Below, piece after piece: positions 50,585 through 63,378 of a stretch of 64,000 bases of DNA. The DNA comes from Convolutriloba macropyga. Its lineage: Eukaryota. The stretch spans positions 23,994,001 to 24,058,000 of the forward strand of contig NC_134481.1 in the NCBI RefSeq assembly GCF_964194025.1. Reading direction: 5' to 3'. Within the stretch, counting starts at the first letter, position 1; every line of letters begins with the position of its first letter. The position numbers were made by a program, and so were the translations under genes. The notes beneath the pieces are model-generated. The model was not told the DNA's origin. It saw only the letters and a program-made list of their open reading frames with translations, and did no database searches.

Positions 50585-53479
50585 GATGTAATGGTAGCCG
50601 AGTCTGCTAACCTCTTTTGAAACACGCACTTATCAAGTTTTGAAATGTGGCACTATATGGGATGAACTGGGACTCTAGAATCTGGCACTGAGATCTCGTA
50701 TTTTAAAACTCGCACATAAGTGCTTCAAATGAAAATCAGATATCATAATTTGAAGATAGTGGAAACTAAATATCAAATATTTAATGATGTAACACCTGAA
50801 ACACGTCATGTTTCGTCTTTTCTGCATCGTCCGCTGATGAGAGTGCAGAACCGTTAGCCAATCATAAGTTATTTAAATGATACTCACCTCCATATTTGAC
50901 TGAAGACCGAATTTGGGTCGCACCATTCTGAGAAACAGGCATGGTAGTCTACCACCTCACTTCCGCCTTTTAGATGGAGATTTCTATTATGAACAATTTG
51001 TTCATGCGTCACACTTCTTTTCAGCTTCCAACTTGCCCCTAAATCCTTGCTCATCTTCAAATTCCTGTTTGTATATACACGGTTTGTACTCAGAATACAT
51101 TCATTGATTCTGTCTGTTTTATTGGTTCAAATTTTGATTTGATTGTGTTTGCGATGGTTTCAGATTTAGATGGGAAAAAGGTGCCACTAATACAGGTGTA
51201 ATTCATAGTTTGTGCTTTAGTGCTTTGTGTTAATGTAGATTTAATTTGGTAACGCGATAAATGTCAGCAATTCAAGACGATTAGTTCGTTTTATTCCTCA
51301 ATCGGGAATTCATTGTTTTCCCGCTTGACTGAATTAATGAAATGAACAAAGAGGATTGATGACACGTGCTCGCACAAAATGTTCACAATCCGTTCATCAG
51401 AAATCTTTACTCAAGATTTAACGGAATAGTAGAAAAGTTAATCCCAAATTCTGTGTAATTTTTATCTGATCTTACAACAAAAGACCGCTTTTGGGATCAC
51501 TTCTTCAAATTCTACTCTAAAGAATGTTTTAAATGCAAGAGATAGATTATTAGATAGTAAAACCTGACTATGTTCTAAAAAAGAAAGCAATTTGTTGTCT
51601 TAAAGAAAATTTCTAGTCAACATATTGAAATTAATTTTTGAACATCATGTATTTTAAACTGCAAAAGGCTATCTAACCAACATTCATTGATCAACTGTAC
51701 ATCTTGTGCTGTTAAAAACCCATTGTATGTAAAAAATGTAAAAAATCTTACTATTCCACGGAAACTATTGTATTTATTTGAATTGTAACACTATTTTTGC
51801 TTAATCTGTTTTTCTTTTCAAAGATGCGAGCAAGGAATTTTTCTAGAGTCAGTTTTTTCACATTTATACGCTTTGCAGAGATAAATTAATTTAATACAGT
51901 TAATTAGTTTTTTTTAGTAATAGCTGTGATAGCGAGCTTTTATTGATCGGCCTCCTAATGGTTTTTATTTCGTCAAGATTTTTTACAACCATATGGCGTC
52001 ACGATCACTTATCTGTTTTCGTTCACTCCTACAATTTCCGATCGAATTGCATTTTTTTAAAAAAAAATTAGGTAAATGAATTTAATGATTTTAGAAAGGA
52101 AAGATTTTTGACGTTTGGATTGCATGAAATATAAGAATAGCCTATAGAATTAAATAGCTTACGACAATTACGTTTTCTGTTTTTTTATGTGTTTTGAACA
52201 GTAAAAATTTTAAGTAACATAAATTCGTATAGTAAGAAGGTCCAGAGTCTTTCAAAAAGAAAGCTCAAATTGAAAGTTGCGTTAACTCTTTTTTTCTTAA
52301 AAAACTAATGTTAATTGGTGATGCTATTTTTTCAGACTATAAAATAGATCTTTATTTATGATTAAGATAGATAACTTTGAATGTAGCTCTCAGTTGAAGA
52401 TTATTCGAGAACGATTTGATTCATCGGAAATGGAAGTGATGTTTTTCATATGTATTCCTAGTTGAAGAAATAAAAATGCAAAGAGATACAAATAGTTTTA
52501 AAGGAGGTGTTCTATAATGTAATGAAATTTTGGTTTTTTGGTGCAAAGTTAGTGTCCAAAAATGCCTTGGTTGAATAGAAACACAATAAAGAACATCTAA
52601 ATGCTTTGAGAGAAGACGAAAATTAAGTTTCTCCGAGCGCATTGTTTTGTCAGGAACCTAGAGTATATATATTGCAGAACGTTGATTTTTCTTGGCCAAA
52701 GAGGGATTTGAAGGAGATTACTGACTAATGAAGATTTATCTGACGCTATAAAAGAATGGAAAACATCACATGAAGATTTATCAAATTAAATGTGTCCTGC
52801 CTGTCACAAATATGAAAATTATTTTCTGTCGTCAATAATAAGCAATTCGATTCAAATAAAATGGAAAATTAATGCAATTTTTTGGGTTCACACTTGAAAG
52901 TAAAAAAGAAGACAGCAATCGTTTTACAGACAAAACAGCTGTCGGACAATTTCTACAACTTTCTTACTTTTTAATTGTTTAGGCAAATAAGTTGACAATT
53001 AACTTGGTTTTCATTATTTTAGTCATCAACACAACAGAATATTAGTTTTATTAATCTGATGTTAGCAATGCGTTTCTTTTTTCACAAAGAAAAGAAAGCA
53101 AGAAGTAGGCCTCAATTACAATTCGCTTCTGTTCTCCCCGCTAAGGTCATGTAAGAACGAAAACTTGTAATTGGAGGAATTAACATAGCTACAGGGCTTT
53201 CTTCTGGATACGTACTGTTGTTTTTCGATTGATGATCTTTTCATATTGAGGCCTTTTAAGCTGCTTGCGCAAGCACCATCGTCAATTTGTTTCTAGTTTG
53301 ATGCCCCACTCTTTGGGTGACAAAAACATTAGAGCGCTAATAATTGGCGTCAAAATTGGGTGACACACAAAAAAGGATTGTGAATCCATGCCAGTAGACA
53401 TCAATTCTACAAGTACGCTGCCCTTTCAAATTTGGTACCAAATAATTAATGACTTTTATCCGATTACTACTAGAACTTA

Positions 53480-56403
53480 GAAGATTTTTTTGAAGGTATG
53501 AAAGCTACATCTTCATATGGAAACGATCTTCATTTAGTTTCTAGTTCCTCTTACGCATAGATTTGAGGCCCTTAAGATTGCAAAATTCAATCTCAGTTTG
53601 ACACCAGTTCATGATAATGCTGTATGGTTTGTCCCATTTGCATGCGGGTATGGCCGCCAGTCTTTTGAGAAAAAATTAGCTTTCTCTGGCCGACATACCG
53701 TCAACAATGAAAATAAACGGAGTAGAAGCACATACTGTGGTTTTCTGATGCTGTAAAATTTTGTCCCAGTGTCTGTGACACGATTATCAAACCAAGCAGT
53801 TTCTTGCGGGCTCCAGATACCTCTTACGAGAAGATCGGCTCTTAACGCTTCCTGATTTTCTGAATGTTTGCGAATTACTGGCTTTTTTGAGTGTGAGCAC
53901 GATAGGTTTCCGAATAAATCTCTAGTTTCATTATGTGTTTCTGTAATCAGGCCTCATTTTTTTGCTGATTAAGGCACGCTGAGAGTGGAAATCGTCACCA
54001 TAATTGTCGCATTTTACAGGAACGTTTGTTAGGGGTATCATAGCGCCATGGAATCCTGGAGTTCGTTCTTTAACAAAACAAAATGTCTCTGACACTTTTT
54101 CTGATAACCAACAAGAGTTTCCCGTTTTGAATTTACGCTCCATTCTTTTCTTCTTTGATGTGCATGCTTTTTCTAACATCGTATTAGTCCACTAGGACGC
54201 ATTTTCAAGCTGAAAACTTGTTTTCGTTTGCGTTGAAGTCCAATCTCGTGCCACTCAAATGAGAATCCAAAATCAAGAGGGATGCTTTCATGGAATTTTC
54301 AAATTGCTCTACCATTTTTACTATCGTGTTTGAAATCCTGAGAAAAATTTCATTGGGCCTGAACTGAGTTAAAGAACAACGAAAATTTCTCATGAGAACA
54401 GAATTGGCTGCTGCGCTCAACAGTTAAATCTTAGCCATTTTTTATCATTTAGTTGTCATTTTTTAAAATTTTTTTGAGAAGATTTTCTTTCAAGGTAGTT
54501 TCATCGCCAATGAAACTTTAAGATAACCTGTTTCGGTTACGATTTTCAAACCTGTTTGCTCGAAGCAACGCTTGGCTCCATCAACTTGGTCTGGATGAAC
54601 AATAAGGAGGCTCTTTTTTGGCTCAGGTTAGCAGCCTTAATTCGGCCCCTCATCAACTATTTGTCTCAGCCATTTTTCATTACAACGAACTTTGCGTGTC
54701 GTCTGCATAAAAACTTAGTGTATTTTTTGTCGGGTTATGCAATTTTTTGGTTAAAGGGAAAAGAGCAACACCATAAAACAGCCTTCAAAGAGGGTCAACT
54801 TGAGTTATCCCCTCTTCGTTGCCCATAGAGACGTCAGTATTGCCCAGCACAAGTTTAGAACTCTCCTGGTAACTTTTGTACAGGAAAGTGGAAAATGTGG
54901 ATCAAAGGCTCCTAGTGTTTAGCAGTTCAAAACTTCAATTTATAGAATTTTATGCTTTTGTACTCCAAGTAGCAGAACCAAAACCAGTCAACTGCTTTTT
55001 ATCAAACGACTCTCGAAGTCCATGAATCGATCCCTCAATTCTACATGACACTCCTCCCCAAGTTGTTCTGATCCAAAAGCATAAGCCAAGTCATTACCAG
55101 TTAAATCATCCATTGCTTTCTCCAGTAGTCTTCGCAATGTTTCACCAATGCCGATTGGTCTGACTCCTGGATGTTTGTCCATTGCAATAAGTCAGCTTGA
55201 GTACAGGACTTTCGTTGGAAATGATTTCGTTTTGATAAATTACCATTCCGAGAAACTAAGTCTCTCAATCCGGAGTTTTGGAGCCCAAACCTGTTTAACA
55301 CATGAAACCAGTGTTTGGCGTCTGATCTTGAGGGTTGTCTTGAACTACCAAAAAGTTTCCGGGCTTGCTTTTCAGCTTTTCTTTGTAGTACTTGTTATAT
55401 TCAGTTTTTCTATAGGAGAAAGTTCTGATATTTTGAGTTTCTCCTCATAATGGTGGGGATTTTATATGCTTTCCCTGCAGAAATTCGGTTACGGTTCACC
55501 CGTCAATTAAGTAAAGAGGCTTAAGAACACTCGTTGTGTTTTTTTTTATCTGCGAGGAACCTTGTTGCATTTTTGATGTTCCCTGTCTTGAACCATCTTG
55601 GCAAATGCTTGGAGTTTCTCCTCAGGTTTGCTCTTTTGAGTTTTAACAGATTTGCTGAAGTTTTGAGTGCATCTCTTATAAGACTGAACTAGAGATTAAC
55701 ATTTTCCATCGACCTTGTGCTTCAATCTATTTTTAATTGTTATTTGTACATTTTTGGAGTGTCTCACTTTGTCTCGATGACAAATCAAAGGTCGCTGTGA
55801 TTGAATATTTGATGTTAGGAATATCTCAAGTTTGCAATTTAGCATCTCTACATAGTCTTTACCAACTTTCCCGTCGGCAATCTGTAAAATTTGCATCTGC
55901 GTGTGCAAACTGTATCCCACCTATTTTGCCAAAGCACTTCGTCCTCATAAGGCATGCTGTAATTCTTGTTTTTGAATGGAAATTTTTTTTCGTCGAAAAT
56001 TCTTTCTCAGCTTCTGATAAAAACTTATCAGCATATGATTATTGCCACTTAGATTAAGCCTCGCTAAATTTTGTGTTAAACCACTAGAAGAGGACTCAAA
56101 TCCCTTAAAATGCTCGGGGTTTTCAAAAGCGTGCTCGATCAAGTCGTTTACCTAATCGGTCATAACTGTATGCTGCTTAAGTTTTTCTACCAATTGCAGA
56201 TAAATCCAACTGAATAAGAGTCCACAGTGGTGTCATATTGTCTGTTCCAATTCACATAATGGACTCTTTTTGGTCGATTGTTTTTGTGACCAATAACTTT
56301 GTTTATTTGTGCTTTGCATATTTTTTAATCGTGACCAGGAATCCATATTTCAGTGTTCATGTCAACGAAATACTCCACGTTGATTTCCTGGTTTTCGTTT
56401 TCA
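53480..56403 (-). mobile_element. Degenerate CRE-clade (restriction-like endonuclease) non-LTR retrotransposon
   Basis: DKHPGVRPIGIGETLRRLLEKA (CRE-type RT motif), a decayed zinc knuckle near 54000, and RADLLVRGIWSPQETAWFDNRVTDT (RLE PD..D-type motif) at about 53765-53845. Confidence 0.8.
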
Positions 56404-56724
56404 CTGGACTTTTTTAATAGTGTATAGGTTGATTAATAAAAGGAATACTTAATCTGCTATCAATTGTTCGTTTAATTTCAAGCAAAAGTGTTACACGAAC
56501 TCTTGAAACACATTTAAATGAAGAAAAGACGGGGAATTTTTTGAACTTTACCTGCTCTATTTTTATTATTGAAACTAAAGTTCAAATTACATGAAATTTT
56601 GTGATGTGAGTTTCAGACAATTTTTTCAAGGAAAATCGAACAAATTTTGGATCAGGTGAAGGTGAAATTTCACAATGAAGCAGAAGATATCAAGACTCTG
56701 TCGCTGGGTCCAGCTTTTCTCCAT

Positions 56725-57728
56725 GTGCGCGCCGAAGCCGGTCTGATGAGAGCTGGCTTGCGTCGTGCACCTCAAACTGGACAATGTTAAACTTCCTGAT
56801 TAAATCCGAAGATAAATGGACTCTCGAAGTCCATGAATCGATCCCTCAATTCTACATGACACTCCTCCCCAAGTGGTTCTGATCCAAAAGCATAAGCCAA
56901 GTCATTACCAGTCAAATCATCCATTGCTTTCTCGAGTAGTCTTCGCAATGTTTCACCAATGCCGGTTGGTCTGACTCCTGGATGTTTGTCCATTGCAATA
57001 AGTCAACATGAGTGCAAGACTTTCTTTGGAAATGATTTCGTTTTGGTAAATTACCATTCCGAGAAACTAAGTCTCTCAATCCAGAGTTTTGGAGCCCAAA
57101 CCTATTTAACACATCAATCCAGTGTTTGGCGTCTGGTTATGAGGGTCGTCTTGAACTACCAAAAAGTTTCCGGGCTTGCTTTTCAATTGTACTACTTGTT
57201 ATATTCAGTTTTTCTAGAGGAGAAAGTTCTAATATTGTGTGTCTCCTCAGATAACGGTGGGGATTTTATATGCTTTCCCTGCAGAATTTCGGTTACGGTT
57301 CTGCAGAAAACGAAAACCAGGAAATCCACGTGGAGTATTTCGTTGACATGAACACTGAAATATGGATTCCTGGTCACGATTAAAAAATATACAAAGCACA
57401 AATAAACAAAGTTATTGGTCACAAAAACAATCGACCAAAAAGAGTCCATTATGTGAATTAGAATAGACAATATGACACCACTGTGGACTCTTATTCAGTT
57501 GGATTTATCTGCAATTGGTAGAAAAACTTAAGCAGCATACAGTTATGATCGATTAGGTAAACGACTTGATCCAGCACGCTTTTGAAAACCCCGAGCAACT
57601 TAAGGGTTTCGAGTCCTCTTCTAATGGTTTAACACAAGATTATATCAGTGCGCGCCGAAGCCGGTCTGATGATTGCTGGCTTGCGTCGTGCACCTCAAAT
57701 GGACAATGTTAAACTTCTTGATTAAATC
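56725..57728. repeat. Composite rearrangement: 81-bp direct repeats flanking two copied CRE pieces, one direct and one inverted
   Basis: 56725-56806 = 57648-57728; 56819-57301 = 55008-55497; 57306-57637 = reverse complement of 56071-56402. Confidence 0.9.
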
Positions 57729-58393
57729 TATTGAAAGATGCTTTTTTCCTGACGTTTACCTCTGGTCGGGTTCAGCATAACTGAGATATTGTAAATTCGA
57801 CATGTTGGAATAAAGTTGCCGTAAAAGCAGGCCTAAATTAAGCCATTGCTACAAGCTTGATATGAGATCGTTTAACAAATGATAATTCTGAAACTTAGCC
57901 ACCTCACAACAAAAGTGAAAACATCCCTGAGGAAAATAACTTTCGCTGTTTTTCAATTAGTTTGTAAATCAGTTTTTCTGATGACGTTATCGATTTATAT
58001 TCAACAAATTGTGGGCAATTTTTCTTAACATTGTCAAATTAGTGCTTTCCTCCTTCATATTAGTAAAAAAAAATTGATCAAATTAGAGAACCGAATTCCT
58101 CGATGGGCGTTCAATGCTGTAGTAATCTTGCATTGTTGCAAAATATACAACCAAGCTCAAAACCGATCGTGTATATTTACAAAGTAATCCAGATTAATAT
58201 AGCTCATTCAACGTCAGATGTTTACATAAGTGCCAATATCACCATTGATATTCCATATCATGAACTACAGATACCTTTCAAATCCAAACAGAACATTTCA
58301 AGTTATATTTGCAGTTTGCCCGCCTGGTTATATCTTTCTTTGAGCTTATAGTTGCTCACTTATAAAGGCTAATTCAATTGTCAAGATATTGAA

Positions 58394-59074
58394 ATGGTTT
58401 TAACAGTTGGATATTGGAATATCAGAGGCTTAGGAGAACCCGTCCACTTAGTTCTAGAGTATCTCCAACTACCCTATGATCGCAAAACGTATTATATAGA
58501 GAATTATCTGGAATGGTTCGCAAAAGATAAGGTCGAGTTGGGAATGGACTTTCCCAACCTTCCTTACGTCATCGATGGAGAGTTCAAGGTTGCACAGACG
58601 TTGACGGTTCTGAAGTACATCGGACGGAAGAATGGCCTCTTCGGATCCGACGATGTGCAGGAACTTGCAAAGCAGGAAGAAATCCTGGATAACATCCACG
58701 ATTTCCGCATACGATTTGCCAGATTGTGCTATGGAGAGAAATTCGATTCTGATAGAGTCAGCTATTTTGCACCACTGCCAAATGAACATCTGAACAACGT
58801 GTTCAGACTTTTGGCCAACTATGAATCACTTCTATCCAAAAAGAAATACTTGACCGGCGATAACCCTTTCGTAGGAGACTTCTTTCTCTGGCATGTTTTG
58901 GATATTCATGAATGTTTGGAACCAAATATTTTGGAATCCCTGCCGAACTTAGCGAAGTTCAAAGCAGCGATTGCCAGCTTACCAGAGATTAATAACTATC
59001 TGAAGAGCGACAAATTTAAGAAGTTTCCAATAAATGCGCCTACGGCTAAATGGGGTGGTACTACTGAAGGCTAA
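58394..59074 (+). CDS. Mu-like GST 4, intronless CDS, 226 aa
   Basis: VGYWNIRGLGE, LGMDFPNLPYVIDG, GDFFLW, FPINAPTAKWG. AATAAA at about 59147. Confidence 0.96.
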   Translation: MVLTVGYWNIRGLGEPVHLVLEYLQLPYDRKTYYIENYLEWFAKDKVELGMDFPNLPYVIDGEFKVAQTLTVLKYIGRKNGLFGSDDVQELAKQEEILDNIHDFRIRFARLCYGEKFDSDRVSYFAPLPNEHLNNVFRLLANYESLLSKKKYLTGDNPFVGDFFLWHVLDIHECLEPNILESLPNLAKFKAAIASLPEINNYLKSDKFKKFPINAPTAKWGGTTEG

Positions 59075-59192
59075 CATACCACAATGTTACTAATTTTTAT
59101 TGCGAATGGAAAGATCAATTCTGAATTTAAATTTTCACGTATATTTAATAAATGTTCACGTTTTGAAAGCTACCATTATTAATGTTCTGGCT

Positions 59193-59486
59193 GGTCTAGG
59201 AAATAAACCCCCACAGAAAAAAAACCCACAATTTTAGATAGGAAATGAACCCTTAAGGAAATAAGCCCCATTTTAAATTTGAATTTTGGTCGTGATATTT
59301 TGTTCCGTTGTGGTAGTTTCATATCATCTCCCTTGGGCAGCTAAGACATGGCCAGGGCTAGAGAGTCATCGCCAAACGCGCTAAGTTCGCTGCTCGTTAA
59401 AAGTCAAGTGGGGGTTTATTTCCCTGGGGGTTTACTTCCCATCTAAAATTAAGTGGTTTTTCCCTTGGGTTTTGTTTCCGAAAAGG
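59193..59486. mobile_element. MITE with about 75-bp imperfect TIRs and a 9-bp TSD (Mutator-like)
   Basis: GTTCTGGCT at 59184-59192 and 59487-59495. ggaaataaaccccca...aattttagataggaa is mirrored by ttcccatctaaaatt and tgggggtttatttcc. Confidence 0.8.
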
Positions 59487-60899
59487 GTTCTGGCTCCACG
59501 TAGTGGGGGAGCTGCTATAAGCTGAACCGGGATTTTTTGTCCAGTCTAGTTCAGGGGATCAGAAATCAATGTATTTCTTGCAAAAATGTTAACAGGTATC
59601 AATCGCGAGACGACAGAGCGTTGAATATTTCAATTTGAGAAATTTTTGAAATATGACTTCGAGGCTTAAATGTTAATTGTGCGCCAAAATTTTAAACAAA
59701 TTTCTTAAATATTTAGTGAAATCTAGCCAACATTAGTTCATGGCGTTGATATTTTTAATCAGTGAAGGCTTTCAAAAACGATTTTTGGTTGAATGATTAA
59801 GGAGGAATATTATCAGAAAATTGGTTCCATTTAGCGATAAATTAGTTAGTTTTTAGTATTAATGGCATATTCTTTTTAGCATAAATGAGCTAATAGTTGT
59901 GAGATCTTTGAGTTCCAAACGTTTGCAAGCTTAAAAAATGGTTTATTTTTGCGTTACTTCAGTGAAAATTGTCTTTATAGGCAAAAACTACACCACTCTC
60001 ATGACTTCTTTCACCCTGGAAATGCCTCTCGATTACTTTCATTAGAGATATTGTTAGGTCAATTGATTATATTTTGAAAGTTGCGAGAGTTCTTTTAAAT
60101 CAAATCCACATCAATTGACGACAAGCTGAATTCTTTTTCTTGTTTTATTTAAGTTCTTTTTCAGTTATCTTTAGCAATCTTTTAGCTACTTTTAATCATT
60201 TTAATGACGCTTTCTTTCCTTAAATCTTTTACAGGTATCGTTTTTGAGTAAAAATTTGTTCCAATTTTGCGGTTTTACTAAGTGTTTTTTTTTGCTCATA
60301 CATAAAATGTGCGAGGTCATATTAGCCATTAAAGAGGACACGGTGCAGAAAAACACGTGAGATTTGTTCGACTTGAAAAATTTGCATATTTTGCGTTTTA
60401 AATTGTCAATTTATGCATTCAACGTTATTATCAAAATTAGTGCTAATTTCAGAAGTTCTTTGATCTCTCCAGAACTAATCCCCGGAACACTGCTTTAAAA
60501 AATACATCAGCTCAACGTGTTTGCCTCTAGTTTGAAGATCTGTTTTGTTGGGATTCCTCTTAGCAGACTATTTTCATTTTTATTTAATTGAACAATTTTC
60601 GGCATCAGGTTCTGAGATTTTTGCTCATTTTTCGGTAAATGCTCGTGTTATAATTGTTCTCTGGGTAATAAATTAATCCTTCGTGTGCTTATGTTTTGGA
60701 AACCAATAGTCTTTTTGAATAAATTGATTTTTTCTTCAATAGTTTACATCTCCATTTGTCAAAAATTGAATAAAAACAGTTTTTATATGGGTAGAAGTAT
60801 TCAGAACCCTCATCTAACCAAATGAAAAACAAATTAAGGTGTCAAGTATTGTTAGTATAAACACATTTTCACTGACACTTTAAGTTTAAAAAGAGCAGC

Positions 60900-61068
60900 G
60901 GTAGTAGTATAAGTAAATGACTAGTAGTAGTACTAGGGGGGGGGGGGGTCACGCACTGTAACAAAACGACCCCCTCTAAATCTTGCAAAAGGATTTTCGA
61001 CCCACCGGGATTCGAACCCGGATCTAGTGCATGGGAAGCGGATATCTTACCACTGGGCCAAAGGTGTA
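60900..61068 (-). mobile_element. tRNA(Gly-CCC-like)-derived SINE with a (TAC)n tail
   Basis: Minus strand: TGGCCCAGTGGTAAG (A box), TTCCCAT loop, perfect T arm CCGGG-TTCGAAT-CCCGG, non-pairing acceptor stem, then a short body, poly-C and tagtactactactag. Confidence 0.7.
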
Positions 61069-62123
61069 TACAATCTCCCCCTGCTTATCGAGGATACGTT
61101 CTACCACTGCGCCATTGAGTCCATTGTTAACGTCTTTATAGAATTTAAGATACGTTATTCTTCGTATTCATTTCTTCGTATTCAAAGGTTTTACTCTTTA
61201 CGGCTAGCCTAGATTTATGCGTAACACAGACAATAGCGAGAGCTATTATTAAATGTGAACTAATTAACGCGTGGTTGTTGCTATTACATCTCCGTTCTCG
61301 TTACTATAACTCACTGGAATTTTACTGTTCATAAACTTACGTCTGCTTTTCCCGAAACGGTGTCGGGGATAGTAAATTATGTAAGCTGTCTGGTTCTCCT
61401 CCGCGACTATTCAATACTCTATTTTATTCACTCAATGACTAATCTGTCTACAATTCCCGAGTTATAATTTTGCAAAACTTCAACTAGTTTAATAAACTTA
61501 TGAAACAAACATTATTCATCCCCAAATGCAGAAATTTGTAGCTTGTCTAGACATTTTTGGCATCCTGATTAATCATATTGTTACGTAAATTTTTAGTTCA
61601 ATTTTCATTTTGTTGTAAATTCCTTATGATATCAGACTAACAAAACCAATAAAGAATTTGAAAAAATTTTTGAGTATTAAATATTAGAAAAAATTGGCAG
61701 TCCACTTTTAGGTTTGGACTGAACACCAGTGCTACGATATTAATATCTGTGTTTGGAATTAACACATAGCTACAACTTGTCAACTATAGAAAGGTAAGTA
61801 CATTTTATTAAACTGAGTTACCTGTTCACTTTCCCGTGAACTGTTTTGTGTTACCAATGAACTGAATCCAGTTTGTAATTTCAAATGTGATAGTAGTCTA
61901 TCTCCAGTTAAAACTGTTTGGTTTTATAAATTGAAAACTGATTTGCTTCCCCCAACACACACGCACGCACACACGCATCAGGATGTTTGATGTAATTACA
62001 TGCAATATTAAAGCCAACCCTCCCCTTATCCATACAGTTCACTTACTTGGTATCATATTATCATTATGAAAAAAGAATGGAACATTCAAACAATTGTTGA
62101 TAGGTAACCTACTTTTCGAAACG

Positions 62124-62441
62124 ATGGAGATAGAAGTTGTTGAAATTTCATCCTCATCAAATGATGAACCCGATGATCTAAACGAAATCGAAGAAATCAA
62201 TGCGGAAATTCAAGCAACCAACAGTCGGTCGGTTTCAAATGGAGATTCTAGTGAATATGAAGGCTCGTCTGATGTTGAAAACACGGGACTTAACGAATCG
62301 CTTGAAAACATTCCCGAAAATCTGGGAGTACGTTCGCTTGCGAGCATTAATGTGGCTAGACATGCTTGCGAGAGTTGTCTTTTTTCCGAAAAATGCATCA
62401 ACAGGCGAGAGTGTACTACAATGCAGGTGCCCTCAAGTTAG
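62124..62441 (+). other. Short acidic ORF of unknown nature, with a Cys cluster near its end
   Basis: Coding-like composition (EIEVVEISSSSNDE...CESCLFSEKC). No family recognised. Confidence 0.3.
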
Positions 62442-62598
62442 ATTTAGCCCCAGGTAGACGTACACGCAAAGCTGCCATGAAAGCAAGAGAAGCGTTGAGA
62501 GAGATCAACTCAAGAGCTAATCATTAGAACACTTTTAACTGAATACTGTGATTGCTTTTGTTGACAATTAAAAACCTTTCAGCTATACAATTTTTCAC

Positions 62599-63378
62599 TG
62601 GTTACCTAAGCGAGTTTTAACTTGTACATATCAAGAGTATTGGTGAAAAATAATTTGTGTATTGGATCTTAAGCTACCTAGTGGATACCTAACCGAGTTT
62701 TAACTTGTACATATCAAGGATATTGATGAAAAATAACTTGTTTATTGGATCCTAAGCTACCTGCTGGTTACCTAAGCGAGTTTTAACTTGTACATATCAA
62801 GGGTATTGGTGAAAAATAACTTGTGTATTGGATCCTAAGCTATCCGCTGGTTACCTAAGCGAGTTTTAACTTGTACATATCAAGGGTATTGGTGAAAATA
62901 ACTTGTGTATTGGATCCTAAGCTACCTAGTGGATACCTAACCGAGTTTTAACTTGTACATATCAAGAGTATTGGTGAAAATAACTTGTGTTGGATCCTAA
63001 GCTACCTAGTGGATACCTAAGCGAGTTTTAACTTGTACATATCAAGGGTATTGGTGAAAGTAACTTGTGTATTGGATCCTAAGCTACCTAGTGGATACCT
63101 AACCGAGTTTTAACTTGTACATATCAAGGGTATTGGTGAAAGTAACTTGTGTATTGGATCCTAAGCTACCTAGTGGATACCTAACCGAGTTTTAACTTGT
63201 ACATATCAAGAGTATTGGTGAAAAATAACTTGTGTATTGGTTCCTAAGCTACCTAGTGGATACCTAAGCGAGTTTTGACTTGTACATATCAAGAGTATTG
63301 GTGAAAAATAACTTGTGTATTGGATCCTAAGCTACCTAGTGGATACCTAACCGAGTTTTAACTTGTACATATTAAGGG
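62599..63378. repeat. Minisatellite, about 9.4 copies of an 80-83 bp unit
   Basis: Unit gg(a/t)tacctaa(g/c)cgagttttaacttgtacatatcaag(a/g)gtattggtgaaaaataacttgtgtattggatcctaagctacctagt. Confidence 0.97.

Noticed and set aside
50795-50850. Hammerhead ribozyme (GAAA hairpin plus CTGATGAG)
   Set aside because: Stems I and II cannot be formed around the core.
56736-56765. Hammerhead ribozyme at CTGATGAG (and the copy near 57666)
   Set aside because: CTGATGA sits in a simple hairpin loop with no correctly placed GAAA or stem III.
60998-61067. Functional tRNA-Gly(CCC) gene
   Set aside because: The acceptor and anticodon stems do not pair properly and there is no oligo-T terminator directly after it. 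It is better explained as a SINE head.
62599-63378. CRISPR-like array
   Set aside because: The units are contiguous with no unique spacers, there are no cas genes, and the context is eukaryotic.
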